Shown: positions 16,402 through 25,856, counted from the stretch's first letter. The stretch: 64,000 nucleotides of DNA from Bacteroidales bacterium (GCA_011620595.1 WOYX01000009.1:2069-66068), one strand, 5' to 3'. The notes: generated from the letters alone by a model not told the origin. A program made the numbers and translations.

Positions 16402-17979
16402 GTGATGAAGAATCTGACAGTTTTGCGTTTACTGATATGTCTGATTATGGCCGGACTTGCCGGTACGGTATCTGCGGCAGACACTATTGCGGTGCCGCGG
16501 GGCAGCCGTGCCTTTGATATCATGCCCTTTGTCCTCCCCTGGACAGGCACTTCAAACCCGGCCGCACTGTCGGAGACCAGCTTCGGTAACATCAGTCTGG
16601 CACAGGCAGGATATACCAGCTCAGATGATGATATCAGGATGATACAGCAGCCAGTTCAATACTCCTCGTATCAAGCAGCTACCAGGGGATTTATGAAGCT
16701 CGGAAAGGTCTCCCTGTTCGGATCATTCGGATACTCCAACTCCGGTTACAAGGGTGTTAATTACAACGGCACCATGATGTTCGATACCTACAATCCATAC
16801 CTTGTAGGAGATTCGGTATCCGCAAGACAGACCAGGGAACAGTTCGGCATGGAGGGGAAACTGAGCTATACAGTGAATGACAGAATTAATGTGGCCGTTG
16901 GTGCAGAGTACATCTCTGCCGTCGGGGCCAGACAGAAGGATCCACGCAACAAGAACACCATCTCTATGCTGAGGGTCACTCCCGGGATAACCTATGACCT
17001 GGGTAAAACAAAAGTCGGTCTCTCAGGCTCGGTATATACAACCAGCAATGAGATGTCCTACAGGGTTGAAGGTAACTGGAACCAGAACCTGTTCGTTTTC
17101 CTGGGCCTCGGTTACTTCAGGCAGGAAATCAACATTTCATCCTATTCGCAATGGTACGTGGGCAATGGCTATGCCGGGGCACTCCAGGCTTCGCGTGAGG
17201 GCGATGACCTATACATGATAGCTGAGATAAGCTATGATCATTACACTGAAGAAGCCAGATCAGGCAGCTCTTTCAGATTGATTGACGGCATTACCGAGAC
17301 AAATGACATCTCACTGTCAGGGATGCTGAGGATAGAACGGGGCCAGGCTTTTCATATCCTCACCGTCAAGGGATCACTGAAGGCAGTGAGCGGTGACGAG
17401 ATACTGCAGCGATCATACAAAATCAATGCGGGGACCTATTCATATGACTCGCTTGCAACGGTAAGCTGGATAGAGAATAAACAGATGATAACCGACCTGG
17501 GCGGTGAGGTGAAATATACACGGATAGTTTATGACAGCGATTTCAATATCGACCTGGAGTTTGGGGGAGCTCTGCTGGCCAGCTACTACTCCACCGAGCA
17601 TTTCCCGGTACAGAGCTACGGATTTTATAATACATTTAACCTTGGCGGATCACTCTTTGCAAGGAAGCTACTGAAAACGAGCCGGCTGCTCATAACCCCG
17701 GGACTGGAGGCCGGTTACCGGATGAACATCGGATACGATATATCATATATCATTCAGCCACTGAGCATCCCGGCCATGGTATATCATGACTACTATGTCG
17801 CTAAAGCAAATATTATCAGTGCATCAGCATCCGTCAGGATTGAGATGCCCTTAAGTCAGAACAAATTTGTAAAATCATTGTTCCTTATTCCGCAGGGCCG
17901 GTATGCTGCGGCTCCGGGTTCTGAGGCCGGAGATCTGTCAGGGTATATGATAGATGTTGTGGCCGGGCTCACATTCTGA
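16402..17979 (+). CDS. Putative outer-membrane beta-barrel protein (DUF6850-like)
   Basis: 525 aa. The start is GTG at 16402 or ATG at 16405. It has a signal peptide ending VSAAD, alternating Y/G/S-rich amphipathic strands, and a terminal ...VVAGLTF. Confidence 0.65.
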   Translation: MMKNLTVLRLLICLIMAGLAGTVSAADTIAVPRGSRAFDIMPFVLPWTGTSNPAALSETSFGNISLAQAGYTSSDDDIRMIQQPVQYSSYQAATRGFMKLGKVSLFGSFGYSNSGYKGVNYNGTMMFDTYNPYLVGDSVSARQTREQFGMEGKLSYTVNDRINVAVGAEYISAVGARQKDPRNKNTISMLRVTPGITYDLGKTKVGLSGSVYTTSNEMSYRVEGNWNQNLFVFLGLGYFRQEINISSYSQWYVGNGYAGALQASREGDDLYMIAEISYDHYTEEARSGSSFRLIDGITETNDISLSGMLRIERGQAFHILTVKGSLKAVSGDEILQRSYKINAGTYSYDSLATVSWIENKQMITDLGGEVKYTRIVYDSDFNIDLEFGGALLASYYSTEHFPVQSYGFYNTFNLGGSLFARKLLKTSRLLITPGLEAGYRMNIGYDISYIIQPLSIPAMVYHDYYVAKANIISASASVRIEMPLSQNKFVKSLFLIPQGRYAAAPGSEAGDLSGYMIDVVAGLTF

Positions 17980-17983
17980 AACT

Positions 17984-20134
17984 ATGAAGAGATCAATCAT
18001 ATCAGCAGTGTTGGCGTTAACCCTGTTAACGCCAACATTTTCTCAGTCCCTTAAGGGCGAGTTTGCAATCGTAGCCGACAGCAAATCACTGACTGTGGCA
18101 GGTAATGAGATAAGCGAATATGCAGCCGTGCTTCAGGCAGAAGGCCTTGATGCGGTTATCATAGAGGACCGCTGGAAGCATGCCGACTCAATAAGGCATT
18201 TACTGCATGAGATGTATGTCTCAAGCCGGGGATTGGAGGGAGCGGTGTTCATCGGCGAGATCCCCGTGCCCATGCTCCGTGATGCACAGCACCTCACCTC
18301 GGCCTTCAAGATGGACCAGCAGCGATACCCGTGGAACAGGTCGTCAGTGCCTTCTGACAGGTTCTATGAGGACTTTGACCTTGAGTTTACATTTCTGAAG
18401 CCTGACACAAACGGGCTCTATTTTTACTACAGCCTGAACCCCTCATCAGTGCAGGTGCTCACCCCGGACATCTACAGCGGACGTATCCGGATTCCTGACG
18501 ACAGTGACGGGTCAAAACTGCAGGCATACCTGCGGAAAGTAATTGAAGCACACAGGAACCCGGATATCGTTGATGAGCTTCTTTTCTTTGCCGGTCATGG
18601 ATACAATTCCAATTCCATGACAGCCCGTATCGATGAGAAGGCCGCCCTCCTGCAGCAGTTCCCGCAGCTCAACAGGCAGGACAATGGGCTGGAATACATT
18701 GACTATACCTTTGACGAACATATCAAAAACCGTCTTCTTTCAACCATGACCCTTGAGATGATCGACATTGCTCTTCTGCATCATCATGGATCAACCGACG
18801 CTCAGCTGGCCGGTTCTGAGCAGGCCGCCAACGGCGTTCAGCAGAATATTGAGAGCATTAAATTCTACCTCCGTTCAAAGGTAAGGGGTGCAAAAGACAC
18901 CGTGGAGGCCAAGAATAAATACATGGAGTGGCTGGGAGTCCCCGATGAATGGTTCAGGGGAGCAAACGAGAAGGAACAGACTGAGATAGATTCAGCCTGG
19001 TTTGCGGATATGGACATCATTGCTCAGGATGTGGCAGAATATGATATCAAGACCAGGTTCATCATGTTCGATGCCTGCTTCAACGGTTCATTCCACCGTG
19101 ATGAATTCATCTCGGGAGCATATGTCTTCGGAGACGGAAGAACAGTGGCGGCACAGGCCAACACTGTCAACTCGCTTCAGGACAAATACCCCAATGAGAT
19201 GGTCGGCCTGCTCTCATACGGCATGAGGGTGGGAGAGTGGAACCGGATGGTATGCTTCCTGGAGTCCCACATTATCGGCGACCCCACCTTCAGGTTCGCT
19301 TCATCGGACCCGAAGCTTGACGCGGACAGGATGATGAAGAACGCAGGCAAGAACGGCAGGCTGCTGAAGCTGGCTGACTACCCGCATCCTGATGTGCAGA
19401 GCTGGGCTCTCTGGCACCTGAAATCGAACGGTTACCCGGGCATAAGCGATCTGCTTAGTGAAAAGTACTTCAGCTCGCCTTACGCCGTAACCCGCATGTC
19501 GGCACTGAAACTGCTTGCAGAGATAAAGGATGATAATTTCGTTAAAGTTACTGCCGCTGCGCTTGACGACTCGTATGAGCTTGTTCGCAGGTTCGCCGCC
19601 ATATACTGCCAGGAGTCGGGCGACCCGCGGCTGGCACCGGCACTGATAAGGCTGGTTACTGACCCCAATGTCTCAAAGAGGGTGAACTACCAGGCTGTGG
19701 ATGCGCTGGCATATTTCGACAGCACACTTCTTATGCGGGAGCTTGATAAAAGATTTGAGGGTATTGATACGGCAAATCACCTCGGAACCATATACAGACA
19801 GACTGCGGCAAACATAAGTAAAAGAGCCGGTTATCCGCGCGAGAGCATTGAGACTGTAACAGGAGCGAATGTCACCGAGAAGAACAGGCTCTTTGAAATC
19901 AGGTCACTGCGCAACCTGACATACCACACCCTCATTGAGCCATTGTGTGAATATGTTCTCACCGCTCCCGGAGAGAATCTGGAAGTTGCACTTATCGAGG
20001 CTCTCGGCTGGTTTAACTATAGCTATAACAGGCAGCATATAATTGACACCTGCAACACCATCATGGCTGACAGTGAAAGGTTCCCGGAGCCGGTGCGTCT
20101 TGAGGCACAGCGGACGATTAATCGCCTTAGATAA
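17984..20134 (+). CDS. Secreted protein: N-terminal alpha/beta domain with His-Gly...Ala-Cys motifs fused to C-terminal HEAT repeats
   Basis: ATG at 17984 gives MKRSIISAVLALTLLTPTFSQS (a signal peptide). It contains LFFAGHGYNS, IALLHHHGST and RFIMFDACFNGSF. The C-terminal third has HEAT-like repeats (ALKLLAEIKDDNFVKVTAAALDDSYELVRRFAAIYC..., LIRLVTDPNVSKRVNYQAVDALAYF). Confidence 0.7.
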   Translation: MKRSIISAVLALTLLTPTFSQSLKGEFAIVADSKSLTVAGNEISEYAAVLQAEGLDAVIIEDRWKHADSIRHLLHEMYVSSRGLEGAVFIGEIPVPMLRDAQHLTSAFKMDQQRYPWNRSSVPSDRFYEDFDLEFTFLKPDTNGLYFYYSLNPSSVQVLTPDIYSGRIRIPDDSDGSKLQAYLRKVIEAHRNPDIVDELLFFAGHGYNSNSMTARIDEKAALLQQFPQLNRQDNGLEYIDYTFDEHIKNRLLSTMTLEMIDIALLHHHGSTDAQLAGSEQAANGVQQNIESIKFYLRSKVRGAKDTVEAKNKYMEWLGVPDEWFRGANEKEQTEIDSAWFADMDIIAQDVAEYDIKTRFIMFDACFNGSFHRDEFISGAYVFGDGRTVAAQANTVNSLQDKYPNEMVGLLSYGMRVGEWNRMVCFLESHIIGDPTFRFASSDPKLDADRMMKNAGKNGRLLKLADYPHPDVQSWALWHLKSNGYPGISDLLSEKYFSSPYAVTRMSALKLLAEIKDDNFVKVTAAALDDSYELVRRFAAIYCQESGDPRLAPALIRLVTDPNVSKRVNYQAVDALAYFDSTLLMRELDKRFEGIDTANHLGTIYRQTAANISKRAGYPRESIETVTGANVTEKNRLFEIRSLRNLTYHTLIEPLCEYVLTAPGENLEVALIEALGWFNYSYNRQHIIDTCNTIMADSERFPEPVRLEAQRTINRLR

Positions 20135-20220
20135 TCTCTTATTGACACATAGTCAACATTTGGACGACGTATAGCCAGGTCTCAGACCTTGCTCCGTGTG
20201 CCATATAACAGATCGTGTTG

Positions 20221-20256
20221 AAAAAAAGAGGCAAGTCCTGAGACCTGCCTCTTTCG
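20221..20256 (-). terminator. Rho-independent terminator for the EF-G paralog (possibly bidirectional)
   Basis: The stem agaggca (20227-20233) / tgcctct (20246-20252) has a 12-nt loop. Read on the minus strand it is followed by seven T; on the plus strand only by ttt. Confidence 0.7.
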
Positions 20257-20285
20257 TATCATTGACCGGACGTTCTGTGTACCGG

Positions 20286-22442
20286 TTATTCCTCTTCCTC
20301 TTCGGCTTCGTAGGCCTTGATGACGGCATCCTGGACCTCGCCGGGGACCTGGGCGTACTCGGCGAACTTCATGGTGTACATGGCGCGGCCGCCGGTGAGC
20401 GAGCTGAGAGCGGTAGAGTACTTGTTCATCTCAGCCAGGGGAACCCTTGCCTTGATGACCTCGAAACCCTTGTCGCTGGTCATGCCAAGCACCATGCCAC
20501 GGCGCCCCTGCAGGTCGCTGATGACATCACCCATGCGGTCGGAGGGAACCATGATCTCCACATCATAGACCGGCTCAAGGATCTTGGGACCGGCATTCTT
20601 GAAGGCGGTGCTGAAGGCATTGCGCCCTGCCAGACGGAAGGATATCTCGTTTGAATCAACCGGGTGCATCTTACCGTCATATACATATACCCTGATGTCA
20701 CGGGCGTAGGAGCCCGTGAGAGGACCTACCTCCATCTTCTCCATGATGCCCTTCAGGATGGCCGGCATGAAACGCGCGTCAATAGAGCCGCCAACGATGC
20801 AGTTGACATAGACAAGCTTGCCACCCCACGGGAGATCAATCTCCTCCTTGTCGCGGTTGGCCAGCTTGATCTCCTTGCCGGCGATCTTCATCATCGGCTT
20901 CTCTGTTGAGCCCTCCTCAAACGGCTCGATGATCAAATGAACCTCACCGAACTGACCGGCGCCACCCGACTGCTTCTTGTGACGGTAGTCGGCCTGTGCG
21001 GTCTTCGTGATGGTCTCACGATACGGTATCTTGGGTGCAATGTACTGGGTCTCGATCTTGAATATGTTGTCAAGATGCCACTTCAGTATGTTGAGATGAT
21101 ACTCGCCCTGGCCATGGATGATGATCTGCTTCAGCTCCTTGGAATACTCGACGATGATGGTCGGGTCCTCCTGGTGCATGCGGCTCAGCGCCTCGCCCAG
21201 CTTCTCCTCGTCGCTCTCATTGACCGGCTTGATGGCCGTGCGGTACTTGGGCTCGGGGAACTGCATGGTCTCATAGGTCCAGTCGTTGCCCACAACATTG
21301 AGAGTATGGTTTGTCTTGGTGTTCTTCAGTTTGACAAATCCGCCGATGTCACCGGCATGTATCTCCGGAACACGGGTGCGGTTCTTACCGGCACAGATGA
21401 AAATCTGGGAGAGTCTTTCCCTGGTGCCGTTGCTGGTGTTGACCACGTCGAGGTTTTCGTTGATCTTGCCTGACATGACCCTGAAGTAGTTGATCTCGCC
21501 GATGTGCTCCTCGATGGTGGTCTTGAAGACGAAGACAGAAGCAGCACCGGAAGCATCACACTTGACCTCACTGCCCTTCGAGTTCTTCACTGCCGGCATG
21601 TCAGATGGCGACGGTGCGGCAGCAGAGATGAACTGCAAAAGCCTGTCGACACCCACATTGCCTTTCGCAGAGACACAGAAGACCGGAAAGATGCCTCTCT
21701 TGAGAAGCCCCTCACGTATGCCCCTGCTGATCTCCTCCTCGGTAAGTTTGTCGTTGGCGAAAAAGAGCTCCATCAGCTCCTCGTCGCTCTCGGCCACCTT
21801 CTCTGTGAGCGCGGCATGAAGCTCCGCTGCCCTCGACTGATGTTCGGCGGGAATATCAAGAACCTCCGCCTTGCCTCCCTCCTTGCCGTAACGCAGCATC
21901 TTCATGCTGACGACGTCAATGACGGTGTTGAAGCCCAGACCCTCATTCACCGGGAACTGTGCCAGGGTGACATCACTGCCGAACCTCTCATGGAGCATCT
22001 CAACCGTCTTCTCAAAGTTGGACTTCTCGTGATCGAGACCGTTGACGACGATGATGAGCGGCTTGTGAAACTTGTCGGCATGCCTGAACTGGATCTCCGT
22101 CCCCACCTCAACGCCGTTCTGAACGTTGACGACCAGCATGACGGTGTCAGCAGCATACAAGGATGATATTACTCCGCCGGAGAAGTCATCCAGACCCGGG
22201 GTGTCAAGTATGTTTATCTTCTTGTCGCTGTACTCGGCATAGAGCACTGTGGAAAATACTGAGTTCCGGTTCTCCTGCTCTATAGGCTTATAGTCAGAGA
22301 CGGTATTTCTGGCTTCCACTGAACCCCGTCTCTCAATGACCCCCCCGTTGAACAGCATCGCTTCTGCAAGGGTTGTCTTTCCTGAGCCCGAGTTTCCCAG
22401 CAGAGCAATGTTTCTGAGGTGGTCTGTTGAGTAAATCTTCAT
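20286..22442 (-). CDS. Elongation factor G paralog with degenerate GTPase motifs (EF-G2-like)
   Basis: 718 aa with full EF-G domain architecture. G1 is GNSGSGKTT, G3 is DTPGLDDF (canonical DTPGHVDF) and G4 is VNGLDH (canonical NKMD). Confidence 0.9.
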   Translation of the reverse strand: MKIYSTDHLRNIALLGNSGSGKTTLAEAMLFNGGVIERRGSVEARNTVSDYKPIEQENRNSVFSTVLYAEYSDKKINILDTPGLDDFSGGVISSLYAADTVMLVVNVQNGVEVGTEIQFRHADKFHKPLIIVVNGLDHEKSNFEKTVEMLHERFGSDVTLAQFPVNEGLGFNTVIDVVSMKMLRYGKEGGKAEVLDIPAEHQSRAAELHAALTEKVAESDEELMELFFANDKLTEEEISRGIREGLLKRGIFPVFCVSAKGNVGVDRLLQFISAAAPSPSDMPAVKNSKGSEVKCDASGAASVFVFKTTIEEHIGEINYFRVMSGKINENLDVVNTSNGTRERLSQIFICAGKNRTRVPEIHAGDIGGFVKLKNTKTNHTLNVVGNDWTYETMQFPEPKYRTAIKPVNESDEEKLGEALSRMHQEDPTIIVEYSKELKQIIIHGQGEYHLNILKWHLDNIFKIETQYIAPKIPYRETITKTAQADYRHKKQSGGAGQFGEVHLIIEPFEEGSTEKPMMKIAGKEIKLANRDKEEIDLPWGGKLVYVNCIVGGSIDARFMPAILKGIMEKMEVGPLTGSYARDIRVYVYDGKMHPVDSNEISFRLAGRNAFSTAFKNAGPKILEPVYDVEIMVPSDRMGDVISDLQGRRGMVLGMTSDKGFEVIKARVPLAEMNKYSTALSSLTGGRAMYTMKFAEYAQVPGEVQDAVIKAYEAEEEEE

Positions 22443-22492
22443 CTTCGGCTTTAATTATTTTATTATATGTGTGTTGATCTCGTAGGGAGCGC

Positions 22493-22500
22493 AAAAATAA
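22493..22500 (-). promoter_or_regulatory. Bacteroidota -7 promoter box (TATTTTTG on the minus strand) for the EF-G paralog
   Basis: The plus-strand sequence caaaaata is TATTTTTG on the minus strand, matching TAnnTTTG. It lies about 50 nt upstream of the ATG at 22442. Confidence 0.55.
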
Positions 22501-22552
22501 CAAATTTTCAAAAGAGATCATAAAAGTAGCTGTTGTTTGAAAAATATTTCTT

Positions 22553-22560
22553 TATCTTTG
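22553..22560 (+). promoter_or_regulatory. Bacteroidota -7 promoter box (TATCTTTG), candidate str-operon promoter
   Basis: It matches TAnnTTTG and has a TTTG 15 nt upstream. It implies a leader of about 285 nt before rpsL. Confidence 0.5.
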
Positions 22561-22851
22561 CACCGGTTTTTTGAAAAACAGGAGTACCGGTCACTTCTTC
22601 AGAGTGTAAGTTTAGAAAAGAGGTCGATGGGAGCGGTCGGGAAGAAATTCCTGTAAATAACTTACAAACCATAAGTTACATCTTCAGAAAACTTTGCCCC
22701 CGCAGCACTGCGCCGACGGACTGCCATTGACGCATCAGGGGGGAGCAGCGTGCGTAACGGGAGGCAATGAAGATTGCCTGTTGTGACGGTGAAGAATGAT
22801 TTTTTTGCAGACCAGTATTATAGAAAAGAGAAAATTAATTTAAAGAGAATT

Positions 22852-23226
22852 ATGCCAACAATTCAGCAGTTAGTAAGAAAAGGCCGCAAGAAGCTGGTAG
22901 ACAAGAGCAAGGCACCTGCTCTTGACTCATGCCCGCAGCGCAGGGGAGTATGTGTTCGCGTATACACTACCACGCCAAAGAAACCTAACTCAGCCATGAG
23001 AAAAGTAGCCAGGGTAAGGCTGACCAACCAGAAGGAGGTCAACGCCTATATTCCGGGTGAAGGACACAATCTCCAGGAGCACTCCATCGTGCTCATCAGG
23101 GGCGGCAGGGTCAAAGACCTGCCGGGCGTCCGCTATCACCTTATCCGTGGCGCACTTGACACCTCAGGTGTCGATGGCCGTAAGCAGAGAAGGTCAAAAT
23201 ACGGTGCAAAAAGACCAAAGAAGTAA
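22852..23226 (+). CDS. rpsL: 30S ribosomal protein S12
   Basis: The internal ATG gives [14 protein letters not shown]...[16 protein letters not shown], a canonical S12. The ORF-track start at 22774 is an upstream extension. Confidence 0.97.
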   Translation: MPTIQQLVRKGRKKLVDKSKAPALDSCPQRRGVCVRVYTTTPKKPNSAMRKVARVRLTNQKEVNAYIPGEGHNLQEHSIVLIRGGRVKDLPGVRYHLIRGALDTSGVDGRKQRRSKYGAKRPKK

Positions 23227-23247
23227 CAGTTAAAGGATTCACACGAT

Positions 23248-23724
23248 ATGAGAAAGGCAAAACCAAAGAAGAGGATCCTCTTACCGGACCCGAAATTCAA
23301 CGATCCGTACGTTACCCGTTTCATCAACAACCTGATGTACAGTGGTAAAAAGAGCGTTGCCTTCAGGATATTTTACGACTCACTGGATATAGTGGCCGAC
23401 AAGATGAAGAATGAGGAGAAGAGCCCTCTCGAGATATGGAAGCAGGCTCTCGACAATATCACTCCCCACGTTGAGGTCAAAAGCCGCAGGGTCGGTGGCG
23501 CCACTTTCCAGGTGCCGCTTGAGATTCGTCCCGACCGAAAGGTGAGCATAAGCATGAAGAACCTCATACTCTTCGCCCGCAAGCGCAGCGGCCACAGTAT
23601 GGCCGAGAAGCTTGCCGCCGAGGTCATGGCTGCCTATAACCAGGAGGGCGGAGCCTATAAGAGGAAAGAGGATACACACCGCATGGCCGAGGCCAACAAA
23701 GCCTTCGCCCATTTCAGATTCTGA
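23248..23724 (+). CDS. rpsG: 30S ribosomal protein S7
   Basis: 158 aa. The sequence is canonical S7 and the gene follows rpsL. Confidence 0.97.
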   Translation: MRKAKPKKRILLPDPKFNDPYVTRFINNLMYSGKKSVAFRIFYDSLDIVADKMKNEEKSPLEIWKQALDNITPHVEVKSRRVGGATFQVPLEIRPDRKVSISMKNLILFARKRSGHSMAEKLAAEVMAAYNQEGGAYKRKEDTHRMAEANKAFAHFRF

Positions 23725-23753
23725 TCTGACCTCGGGAAAACAACCAGCAACAG

Positions 23754-25856
23754 ATGAGCAACGATCTCAAACATACCAGAAACATTGGCATTATGGCCCA
23801 CATCGATGCCGGGAAGACAACCACTTCCGAGCGCATCCTCTATTATACGGGCCGTGTGCACCGCATCGGGGAAGTCGATGACGGTAATGCCACCATGGAC
23901 TGGATGGTACAGGAGCAGGAGCGGGGCATCACCATCACCTCTGCTGCCACCACCACCTTCTGGAAATACAGGGATCAGCTCTACAAGATCAACCTTATCG
24001 ATACCCCGGGGCATGTCGACTTCACCGTGGAGGTGGAGCGGGCACTAAGGGTGCTTGACGGGGCTGTGGCGATCTTCTGCGCCGTGGGAGGCGTGGAACC
24101 GCAGTCGGAGACCGTCTGGCGGCAGGCCAACAAATACAACGTGCCACGCATAGCCTTCGTCAACAAGATGGACCGTGCCGGGGCCGACTTCCACGGAGTG
24201 GTGCAGCAGATGATTGATAAGCTGGGAGCACATCCCGTGCCCGTTCAGATACCCATCGGTGCCGAGGAGAACTTTGAGGGCCTGATAGACCTTATTGAGA
24301 TGCAGGCCGTCATCTTCGAGGACGGAGTTGATCCGCTGACAAACTTCACCGTCGGGCCCATCCCGGAAGAGATGGCAGAGGAGGCTGAAGAGTGGCGCAT
24401 GAAGCTCGTGGAGGCATGTGCCGAAATGGATGACTCAATACTGGAGAGATACCTGGAAGATCATCGCAGCATCACCTCCGAAGAGCTGATGACGGTACTC
24501 CGCCGTGAGACCATCGAAGGAGTAATAGTCCCTGTCTTCTGCGGTGCCGCCTTCAAGAACAAGGGGGTGCAGCGACTGCTGAACGGTGTGGTGGCCTATC
24601 TTCCCTCACCCATTGACGTGGGAGCCATAAAAGGCAAAGACCCGCGCGACGGCAGTGAGATAATACTGGAGCCCAGGGCTGACGAGCCCTTCTCGGCTCT
24701 CGCCTTCAAGATAGCAACTGACCCGTATGTCGGCCGTCTGGTCTTCATGAGGGTCTATTCAGGTACAATAAATGCGGGCGATACCGTACTGAATGCACGT
24801 ACCGGCAAGAGGGAGCGCATCAACCGCCTCTTCCAGATGCATGCAAACAAACAGAACCCAGTGCCGTCAGTCTCAGCAGGAGACATATGTGCCGGCGTGG
24901 GTTTCAAGGATCTTCAGACAGGTGATACCCTCTGTGCCATTCACAAGCCTGTGCTGCTTGAGTCAATGGAGTTCCCGGAACCGGTGATATGGATAGCCGT
25001 GGAACCCAAAACGCAGACTGACATGGACAGGCTGGGACAGGCACTCGGCAAGCTGGCTGAAGAGGATCCCACCTTCAAGGTCAGAACCGATCCCGACAGC
25101 GGACAGACTATCATCAGCGGTATGGGAGAGCTTCATCTCGAGATTCTTATTGACCGACTGAAGCGGGAATTCAACGTAGAATGCAACCAGGGAAGGCCGC
25201 AGGTTGCATATAAGGAGGCCATAACAAAATCATACACCCACAGGGAGCTGTTCAGGAAACAGACCGGCGGCAAGGGCAAATTTGCGGATATCACCGTGGA
25301 GCTGATGCCTGCCGAAGATTCTATTCCGGGACTCACCTTTGTAAATGAGATCAGGGGAGGCAATGTGCCCAAGGAGTTTATACCCTCAGTTGAGAAGGGT
25401 TTCCGCGAAGCGATGCTCAACGGCCCATTGGCCGGCTTCCCTCTCGACAGCCTTAAGGTTATTCTCAAGGACGGTTCCTACCATCCCGTCGACTCCGACT
25501 CGCTCTCGTTCGAGATAGCAGCCAGGCAGGCATTCCGCCACGCGGCGCCGAAATGCAGCCCTGTGCTCCTTGAACCGGTTATGAATGCCGAAGTGGTTAC
25601 CCCGGAAGAGTTCGTGGGTGACGTCATCGGCGACTTCAACAAGCGCAGGGGTAAGGTGGAAGGTATGGAATCGAAAGCAGGTGCAAGAGTTATAAAGGCA
25701 AAAGTACCTCTGGCAGAAAACTTCGGATACGTTACAGTACTGCGTACTCTTACCTCGGGCAGGGCGACATCCACAATGGAGTTCTCCCATTTTGAAGAGG
25801 TGCCTGCAGAATTAGCGAAGAAAATTATTGAAGTAACAACAGGAAAAAGTTTTTAG
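23754..25856 (+). CDS. fusA: Elongation factor G (canonical)
   Basis: 700 aa with [17 protein letters not shown] and NKMD all intact. It occupies the str operon position. Confidence 0.97.
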   Translation: MSNDLKHTRNIGIMAHIDAGKTTTSERILYYTGRVHRIGEVDDGNATMDWMVQEQERGITITSAATTTFWKYRDQLYKINLIDTPGHVDFTVEVERALRVLDGAVAIFCAVGGVEPQSETVWRQANKYNVPRIAFVNKMDRAGADFHGVVQQMIDKLGAHPVPVQIPIGAEENFEGLIDLIEMQAVIFEDGVDPLTNFTVGPIPEEMAEEAEEWRMKLVEACAEMDDSILERYLEDHRSITSEELMTVLRRETIEGVIVPVFCGAAFKNKGVQRLLNGVVAYLPSPIDVGAIKGKDPRDGSEIILEPRADEPFSALAFKIATDPYVGRLVFMRVYSGTINAGDTVLNARTGKRERINRLFQMHANKQNPVPSVSAGDICAGVGFKDLQTGDTLCAIHKPVLLESMEFPEPVIWIAVEPKTQTDMDRLGQALGKLAEEDPTFKVRTDPDSGQTIISGMGELHLEILIDRLKREFNVECNQGRPQVAYKEAITKSYTHRELFRKQTGGKGKFADITVELMPAEDSIPGLTFVNEIRGGNVPKEFIPSVEKGFREAMLNGPLAGFPLDSLKVILKDGSYHPVDSDSLSFEIAARQAFRHAAPKCSPVLLEPVMNAEVVTPEEFVGDVIGDFNKRRGKVEGMESKAGARVIKAKVPLAENFGYVTVLRTLTSGRATSTMEFSHFEEVPAELAKKIIEVTTGKSF

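Noticed and set aside
20196-22166. Several plus-strand ORFs (152, 178, 220 and 109 aa, among others) overlapping the EF-G paralog
   Set aside because: They lie antisense to a gene with unambiguous EF-G homology. Their translations are low complexity (Leu/Val/Gly/Asp-rich mirror of the sense codons) and carry no recognisable motifs.
22605-22676. tgtaagtt / aacttaca inverted repeat in the rpsL leader as a possible third copy of the 4547/7315 element
   Set aside because: Only 8 nt are shared, the arm order is reversed, and the flanking conserved sequence (CCATTNGACCAATAA) and the mini-ORF are absent. It is compatible with chance.
22774-22851. N-terminal extensions offered by the ORF track for rpsL (22774), and likewise for hisS (48044), ychF (51313), rplF (32941), HU (59966), the bitopic protein (10899), the HEAT protein (17954) and GGGPS (56805)
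   Set aside because: Internal ATGs reproduce the canonical N-termini or signal peptides. They also remove overlaps with upstream genes or promoter boxes.
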